DNA of 32,000 nt from Erysipelotrichaceae bacterium OH741_COT-311. Lineage in GTDB: Bacteria; Bacillota_I; Bacilli_A; Erysipelotrichales; Erysipelotrichaceae. Shown one piece after another: positions 26,837-32,000 of the stretch (its first letter is position 1; the number at the start of each line of letters is the position of its first letter). The stretch spans positions 60,001 through 92,000 of the forward strand of contig RQZE01000004.1 of assembly GCA_003858585.1 (NCBI GenBank), written 5' to 3'. A program made the position numbers and the translations under genes. The notes beneath the pieces are model-generated. The model made no database searches and was not told the DNA's origin. It saw only the letters and a program-made list of their open reading frames with translations.

Positions 26837-29800
26837 GTTACTGTAAATTCCAATATGTTTTTATTATGCTTAATGCGTTCTACTTTAATAGATGGTTGGT
26901 TTATATTTATTTTTGATGAAGAAGAACGTAAATCAATATAATCAATTAAGCTACCATTTTCAATACGCAAAATAGCGTAATAACGCCCACCATCGAATTG
27001 ATCTAATGGTAAATCAAAACTAAACCATGACGTATCGTAGTTATAAGAAGATGTGATGTTTTCAGAATGTTTCCACGATGGAAATTCTGTTAAACTACTT
27101 ATCGCTTCAGCCTCAAACGTTTTCATTTCATTTGTATCTTTATTCATTAAATACAATTTATATTTCATATTTGTAGCATCAACATTCCATATAAAACTTG
27201 TACCAGCTATCGTTAATGTATTTGCCTCAGTATTAAATTTTATTCCACTTACATATAAGTAACTTTCTCTTATAGATGGTAATGTTGTCTTATCACCTGC
27301 TATAAATTGATCATCAATAAGCAATTCAAAACGATTTGAATATCCTTTTTCTTTTCTTAATGAATAATATCTTTCATTGATAGTTTGTCCAAGTAATTCC
27401 TTCACTTGTCTAGAAGCAAACAACGATTTACTAAAACGTTCTTCTTGAATTGTTGTGATTAAATTAAACTTATAATTTCCCTTTTCAAAGGTAGTCGTAT
27501 CAATAGTTCCTTCAAACCATCCTAAATCATAATTAAAACCATCTTTGAAACCATCACTAAGATTATAATCACCCGTATGACTTTGTAAATCAAAGGTGTG
27601 GGCAACACGATTTTCAAATAAATCATATACTTCAACTTGATGCTTCACTTGATCATGATTTAAGCCTTCTACCATCGCTACACCTCTTAGCGTTAGTTTA
27701 CCAGTATCATTAAACTCATACTTCGTAAGTAAAACATTATATACCTTTTTCACTTCTGGCTGTTCAGGTTCATTTACTACAGGTGGCTTAGGTGCTTCTT
27801 TGCTTACGGTTAAGTAAACACGTTGATCATCTTTAGTAAGTTCATATTTCATTTGATTCAATGTAATAGCTTTAGGTAAATCACCACTATAATTTAAATA
27901 TGTTTCTTCATTATACTCAGTATATTTAGAATAATTTGTTTTAATCTTGAAAGTGTATTTACCTTCTTTAATGTCCTGTAAATTTAAAACTTTATTAAAA
28001 GTTGCAACTTCTTTATCTTTTATTGTTGTTGTGGCATCATATTTAGTTTCTTCGTAATAATCGTTGATAAAATATAATTCATGCACAATCTTATTTTCTT
28101 CATTTATATGAATACCTGGTCGATAACCTTTCCCATCAAAGACAATTTGATTATTTTCAAACGACAATTTCGATAAATCAAAGACATAATCTGCTGTAGG
28201 AACTTTTCCTAAGTTTGACTCTGCTTTTGGTGCATTAATATACTTTAGATCACTACTTCTTGCATACACTTGGCTTAAATTAAAATTATAATTCGTCTTT
28301 ACACCTCTAAAGTTCTTATGTAAAATCAAAGAACCATCCGGATTAATCGCATTACTTGATTGTACTTTAGAAAATTCTCCTAAGTTTTCATTTACATTTA
28401 CTGTATAAACAAATTGATAACCGGAACGATTTAAACTATCATATTTTCGATTTATACCACCGGCATCCAAATAAAAATTTGTAGGTTTATTGACCAATGC
28501 TACAGAATATTGATTATAATCGGATAAATTACCATTGTAATTGTTATAGACCTTATCCATGCGATAAGCAATCGAGCTAATTGAAGCGCCCCAATATGGA
28601 TCCGAGGCATATTTCACCCCAAAACCTGAACCTTTATTTCCATAATGACTACCAAAACTACGTGGATCATCCACGTCCATATATCCACGAATATGAATTG
28701 CTGCCATTTCTAAAATACCATCACGAATCGAATGAAACGTATTGGCAGCCCCAACATTAGAATCGACTGCATTCCAACCAAATAAATTAAACTTAGAAAC
28801 AGCTAGATTACTTCGTCCATATCCAGATTCGTGTATTGCATGAGCAAATAACAATAAAGCATTCACACCATAGTTATTTTGTGCTTCAATAAACGTTGCT
28901 CCTTCATCCCATAACGTAGATTGATTCGCCTTTAAACTATAATAATTTTGTCCCTTTGTTGTTTTTTGAGTAATTCCTTTTGCTTCTGTTAAAAACTTAT
29001 TGAATGCTTCAGCAGGTAAATTCGTCTTTGAACGAGCTGATAAATATTGGTAATAATTATAATAAGTTCCAACCAGATTACTATAAGAACGATCAGAATA
29101 GAAATGAATTCCATCCGCACTATAGTATCGACTTCCAACACTCATCCAATCACTAGCTGGACCAACCACCAAAGAACGGTGATTATATCCACCATTTTTT
29201 GACCAACCAAAAAAGTAATGAAGAACTACGTCACGATAATTACCATTTTGTTCTATTGTATAGTACGGCTGACCAACTTGCATTAAAAATGGATCTTCCG
29301 GCTTTACTCCACTATTTAAACGATGATTTTTATGCCCACCTAAATATAATGGAATATCTGTACGTAAGTATTTTTCCGGTACTAAATCAACTCCATATAA
29401 ACGTGTATAGCCTTTAAAACCGCCAAAGTTCATTGCAACAACACCATCACCCTTACCATTATAAGAGTACGTTGATGCCTGTTCTAAAGGATAATGCAAA
29501 GCAACATACGTAGATGTACCACTTAAATTTGGATTATCATAAATATTTAATGTAACTTGATTAATACGCCACGAATATGCATAAGCAAGACCCGATACCA
29601 TCGCAATAATCTTACTTGGACTACCCGAAGCATGATGACGAACAACATGATCTCCTTGCAATTCATTCATTTTATTTCGAGCAGCATCAAAACTATTAAA
29701 ACAAGCGACTGTATCAAAGCCACCAGAATCATTAATCCAAGCCACTTCGTAATTACTACAACCAATTTGATTTGCATGTACATCAACTACAAAAATAGGA

Positions 29801-29853
29801 ATTGAAGCAAGTACTAAACTCAATAATAAGATACCTTTTATAAATGTTTTCAT
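26830..29853 (-). CDS. Secreted peptidoglycan hydrolase (GH73 N-acetylglucosaminidase domain) with SH3b-like segment and three C-terminal repeats
   Basis: 1007 aa. Signal peptide MKTFIKGILLLSLVLASIPIFVVDVHA. GH73/LytD-type core at residues ~315-432 (AHAIHESGYGRSNLAVSKFNLFGWNAVD ... KYASDPYWG). GGGGA SD, 12 nt after the upstream gene. Confidence 0.8.
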   Translation of the reverse strand: MKTFIKGILLLSLVLASIPIFVVDVHANQIGCSNYEVAWINDSGGFDTVACFNSFDAARNKMNELQGDHVVRHHASGSPSKIIAMVSGLAYAYSWRINQVTLNIYDNPNLSGTSTYVALHYPLEQASTYSYNGKGDGVVAMNFGGFKGYTRLYGVDLVPEKYLRTDIPLYLGGHKNHRLNSGVKPEDPFLMQVGQPYYTIEQNGNYRDVVLHYFFGWSKNGGYNHRSLVVGPASDWMSVGSRYYSADGIHFYSDRSYSNLVGTYYNYYQYLSARSKTNLPAEAFNKFLTEAKGITQKTTKGQNYYSLKANQSTLWDEGATFIEAQNNYGVNALLLFAHAIHESGYGRSNLAVSKFNLFGWNAVDSNVGAANTFHSIRDGILEMAAIHIRGYMDVDDPRSFGSHYGNKGSGFGVKYASDPYWGASISSIAYRMDKVYNNYNGNLSDYNQYSVALVNKPTNFYLDAGGINRKYDSLNRSGYQFVYTVNVNENLGEFSKVQSSNAINPDGSLILHKNFRGVKTNYNFNLSQVYARSSDLKYINAPKAESNLGKVPTADYVFDLSKLSFENNQIVFDGKGYRPGIHINEENKIVHELYFINDYYEETKYDATTTIKDKEVATFNKVLNLQDIKEGKYTFKIKTNYSKYTEYNEETYLNYSGDLPKAITLNQMKYELTKDDQRVYLTVSKEAPKPPVVNEPEQPEVKKVYNVLLTKYEFNDTGKLTLRGVAMVEGLNHDQVKHQVEVYDLFENRVAHTFDLQSHTGDYNLSDGFKDGFNYDLGWFEGTIDTTTFEKGNYKFNLITTIQEERFSKSLFASRQVKELLGQTINERYYSLRKEKGYSNRFELLIDDQFIAGDKTTLPSIRESYLYVSGIKFNTEANTLTIAGTSFIWNVDATNMKYKLYLMNKDTNEMKTFEAEAISSLTEFPSWKHSENITSSYNYDTSWFSFDLPLDQFDGGRYYAILRIENGSLIDYIDLRSSSSKININQPSIKVERIKHNKNILEFTVTK
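26833..28191 (-). repeat. Three divergent tandem protein repeats (~130-150 aa each) of unassigned family
   Basis: Residues ~555-686, ~703-850 and ~862-1007. The first anchor is shared by all three: SKLSFENNQIVFDGKG / TKYEFNDTGKLTLRGVA / SGIKFNTEANTLTIAGTS. The second anchor is also shared: LQDIKEGKYTFKIKT / TTTFEKGNYKFNLIT / LDQFDGGRYYAILRI. Similarity is at the protein level only. Confidence 0.55.
28558..28911 (-). other. GH73 (mannosyl-glycoprotein endo-beta-N-acetylglucosaminidase) catalytic domain within the 1007-aa protein
   Basis: Residues ~315-432. The HESG motif supplies the catalytic Glu (E342), followed by NLFG and YA.D..Y motifs. Confidence 0.75.
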
Positions 29854-29865
29854 ACAATCCCCTTT

Positions 29866-30843
29866 CTACAAATCTACATTGATTATAATCTCATTTATTT
29901 GTCCTTTAATTTTTAAATGTAATGTTCCTTTATGTGTAATTGGATTTTTACTTGGATTTAACGTCATAAAAAACAAAGAACCCATAGACTTATCTGTAAT
30001 TTTTAAACCTACTAAATTCACATACTTATTACTTTGAATATTAATTGGCAATGCCTCAAATACTTCACTTGTATCCGTTACATAACGAGCATTTTCAATC
30101 ACGAGTTCATCTCCCCACAACGATACCGCTTCAATATCAAAACTATAAATTTGCGATGTTGATGGCACAACATATTCTTCACTATAACCATCATCAAAGG
30201 TAACCGTAAACTCTTCCCCTGTAATATCATACGCTTTAGAAACCTTCATTTGATATGTTTTACCATCCGAAATAACATCATCTGCAACATATTTCAATAA
30301 TTTACTATCTGATGTTGTTTTCGTTAAATCAAACTTTAATTGTTTCTTTTCACCTAAATTAACATCAACAATAAGATCTTTTTGATTTCTATCTTTTATC
30401 GGAATAAAGATATTCGCCAAATAACTTGAATCCGTCGATATTAATTCAAACCAAACATTTTGCTTTCCTAAAAAATACTGCTTATTTTCCAATTGTTGTA
30501 CATAAGCATCTACTTGATCTAATAAGATTCCTTCACTTGTTCTAAAATTTGCCAAAGAAACATTAATAGAACTACCTTCCGCTTTAACACGAATTTTAGC
30601 AATTACAAACTTAAAGTCAATATCATCGAACTTATATACTTTATAGTCCATTAAATCAACCAATATTTTATCTAAATCTTTACTTTTTTCCGGCTTTTCT
30701 AAATTTCCTTGCTCAGGAAGCTTTATTTCTTCTTTTGCAGGACTCTTAAAAAAACTTATTTTAAATAAATAGGCTGTACTAGCAATCACTAATATACCTA
30801 ATACAACAACAAATACTTTTAATTTTTTAGTTAAATTTTTCAT
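29866..30843 (-). CDS. Single-pass membrane-anchored protein of unknown function (two predicted beta-rich extracellular domains)
   Basis: Start ATG at 30843 after the GGAG SD (MKNLTKKLKVFVVVLGILVIASTAYLF...). One N-terminal TM helix. The first domain resembles DUF4352-type Ig-like folds (FKFVIAKIRVKAEGSSINVSLANFR). No catalytic motif recognised. Confidence 0.7.
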   Translation of the reverse strand: MKNLTKKLKVFVVVLGILVIASTAYLFKISFFKSPAKEEIKLPEQGNLEKPEKSKDLDKILVDLMDYKVYKFDDIDFKFVIAKIRVKAEGSSINVSLANFRTSEGILLDQVDAYVQQLENKQYFLGKQNVWFELISTDSSYLANIFIPIKDRNQKDLIVDVNLGEKKQLKFDLTKTTSDSKLLKYVADDVISDGKTYQMKVSKAYDITGEEFTVTFDDGYSEEYVVPSTSQIYSFDIEAVSLWGDELVIENARYVTDTSEVFEALPINIQSNKYVNLVGLKITDKSMGSLFFMTLNPSKNPITHKGTLHLKIKGQINEIIINVDL

Positions 30844-30898
30844 ATTAAATCTCCATAATAATTCTATCACATTCTCACTCAAATAGAGTAGATATTTA

Positions 30899-30927
30899 TA
30901 AAAAAAGCCCTTATAATCTAAGAGCTT
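30899..30927 (-). terminator. Intrinsic terminator after galE
   Basis: Minus strand: AGCUCUU-AGAUUAU-AAGGGCU (one G-U pair) followed by UUUUUU, starting at the galE stop codon. Confidence 0.7.
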
Positions 30928-31924
30928 ACTTTAAATTCTTTTGAAAATTCCAACTATCCTTACACATTTGATCCACATCACATTTTGCTTTAAACCCTAG
31001 TAATTCCAATGCCTTAGTAGGATCTGCATAGCATGTTGCAACATCACCCGGACGACGTTCTACAATCTTAAATGGCACTTCTTTGCCGCTAGCTTTTTCA
31101 AAGGCATTCTTCAATTGAAGTACGGAATAGCCCTTTCCTGTTCCAAGGTTAAAGGCTTCAATGGATTCATGATGAATAACATATTCACAAGCTTTCACAT
31201 GTCCTTGAGCTAAATCCACAACATGAATGTAATCACGAACACCAGTACCATCCACTGTATCGTAATCATCACCAAACACTCTTAGATAATCACGAATACC
31301 TACTGCTGTTTGTGCAATGTATGGAAGCAAATTATTTGGTATACCATTTGGTACTTCACCAATTAAACCTGATTCATGTGCCCCAATTGGATTAAAATAT
31401 CTTAATAACGCAATTGACCAAGTTGGATCTGACTTATACAAATCTTGCAAAATCATTTCATTAAACAATTTAGTTGTGCCATACGGATTTGTTGTACTTA
31501 ATGGAAAATCTTCTTTAATCGGCACTGTATGTGGATCACCATATACCGTTGCACTAGAAGAGAATACTAATTTTTTAACATTATGCTCCCTCATAATTTC
31601 ATATAAATTTAAAGATCCGGCTACATTATTTTGATAATACGTTAACGGAATACTTACCGATTCACCAACTGCTTTATAACCTGCAAAATGAATAACTGCA
31701 TCAAATTTATGTTCTAAAAACACTTGATTTAATGCTATTTTATCCAAAATATCTACTTGATAAAATGTTGGTTTTACCTTTGTAATATGTTCAATTGCAT
31801 CTAACACTGTAATAGATGAATTATATAAATTATCTACAATTACCACTTCATGTCCACTTTTGATTAATTCCACGCAAGTATGTGAGCCAATATAACCTGT
31901 ACCACCTGTAACTAAAATTTTCAT
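30926..31924 (-). CDS. galE: UDP-glucose 4-epimerase
   Basis: Start ATG at 31924 after the GGAGG SD (MKILVTGGTGYIGSH, Rossmann motif). Catalytic YxxxK in PYGTTKL. The ORF-track TTG extension was rejected. Confidence 0.95.
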   Translation of the reverse strand: MKILVTGGTGYIGSHTCVELIKSGHEVVIVDNLYNSSITVLDAIEHITKVKPTFYQVDILDKIALNQVFLEHKFDAVIHFAGYKAVGESVSIPLTYYQNNVAGSLNLYEIMREHNVKKLVFSSSATVYGDPHTVPIKEDFPLSTTNPYGTTKLFNEMILQDLYKSDPTWSIALLRYFNPIGAHESGLIGEVPNGIPNNLLPYIAQTAVGIRDYLRVFGDDYDTVDGTGVRDYIHVVDLAQGHVKACEYVIHHESIEAFNLGTGKGYSVLQLKNAFEKASGKEVPFKIVERRPGDVATCYADPTKALELLGFKAKCDVDQMCKDSWNFQKNLK

Positions 31925-31925
31925 T

Positions 31926-32000
31926 TTATCCTCCAATAGTATCTCTCTTTATTTCTTGTTTTGAAAAATAATACACCATACCCATAAGCAAAAACATCAT
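31926..32000 (-). CDS. Partial CDS, C-terminal 24 codons of an upstream (probably membrane) protein
   Basis: An open frame runs from the window edge to the TAA at 31928-31926 (MMFLLMGMVYYFSKQEIKRDTIGG*). The galE SD lies in its last codons. It is hydrophobic, with identity unknown. Confidence 0.3.
   Translation of the reverse strand: MMFLLMGMVYYFSKQEIKRDTIGG

Noticed and set aside
30746-30756. T7 homopolymer in the 5' coding region of the membrane-anchored protein gene, as a possible phase-variation tract
   Set aside because: Runs of 6-8 A or T are common throughout this AT-rich window. Seven nt is short for slipped-strand switching, and there is no evidence of alternative frames.
30844-30898. 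Promoter for the two-gene envelope unit (TGATAGAAT at 30869-30861, GAGAAT at 30876-30871)
   Set aside because: The better extended -10 would put the TSS on top of the SD. The alternative hexamer is weak and neither has a convincing -35. A promoter must exist here, after the galE terminator, but I cannot place it.
1-32000. Scan for CRISPR arrays, IS or transposon ends, integrases, prophage genes, tRNA or rRNA genes, and defence or toxin-antitoxin modules
   Set aside because: I saw no spaced direct repeats, no transposase, recombinase or nuclease-like ORFs, and no tRNA-like conserved arms. Every intergenic gap over 80 nt is accounted for by promoters, leaders or terminators.

Overview
The window is AT-rich (my estimate by eye is about 30% GC) and tightly packed. 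It looks like the core chromosome of a low-GC Bacillota organism using the standard code 11, since TGA acts as a stop at overlapping gene junctions. 29 of the 32 coding regions called are on the minus strand.

Gene content from left to right:
- rsmE
- pyrP behind a PyrR attenuator
- a CNNM/CorC-type transporter
- metNIQ behind a T-box
- ftsA-ftsZ
- rpmB (plus strand)
- a gapless 14-gene string: sufCDSUB, a 5-formyl-THF cyclo-ligase gene, then priA-rsmB-rlmN-prpC-prkC-rsgA-rpe-thiN. The second half is syntenic with the B. subtilis priA...yloS/rpmB region but lacks def and fmt.
- two tandem PrsA-like foldase genes (plus strand)
- ahpC
- a HIT-family gene (plus strand)
- a two-gene cell-envelope unit: a membrane-anchored protein of unknown function plus a 1007-aa secreted GH73 glucosaminidase with three unassigned C-terminal repeats
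- galE

I found no rRNA or tRNA genes, CRISPR arrays, transposases, integrases, toxin-antitoxin pairs or recognisable defence genes. I see no convincing novel multi-gene system. The least-explained part is the 26.8-30.9 kb envelope module. The other findings are regulatory or architectural oddities of modest interest. Several ORF-track starts were trimmed to the first start codon that has a Shine-Dalgarno sequence.
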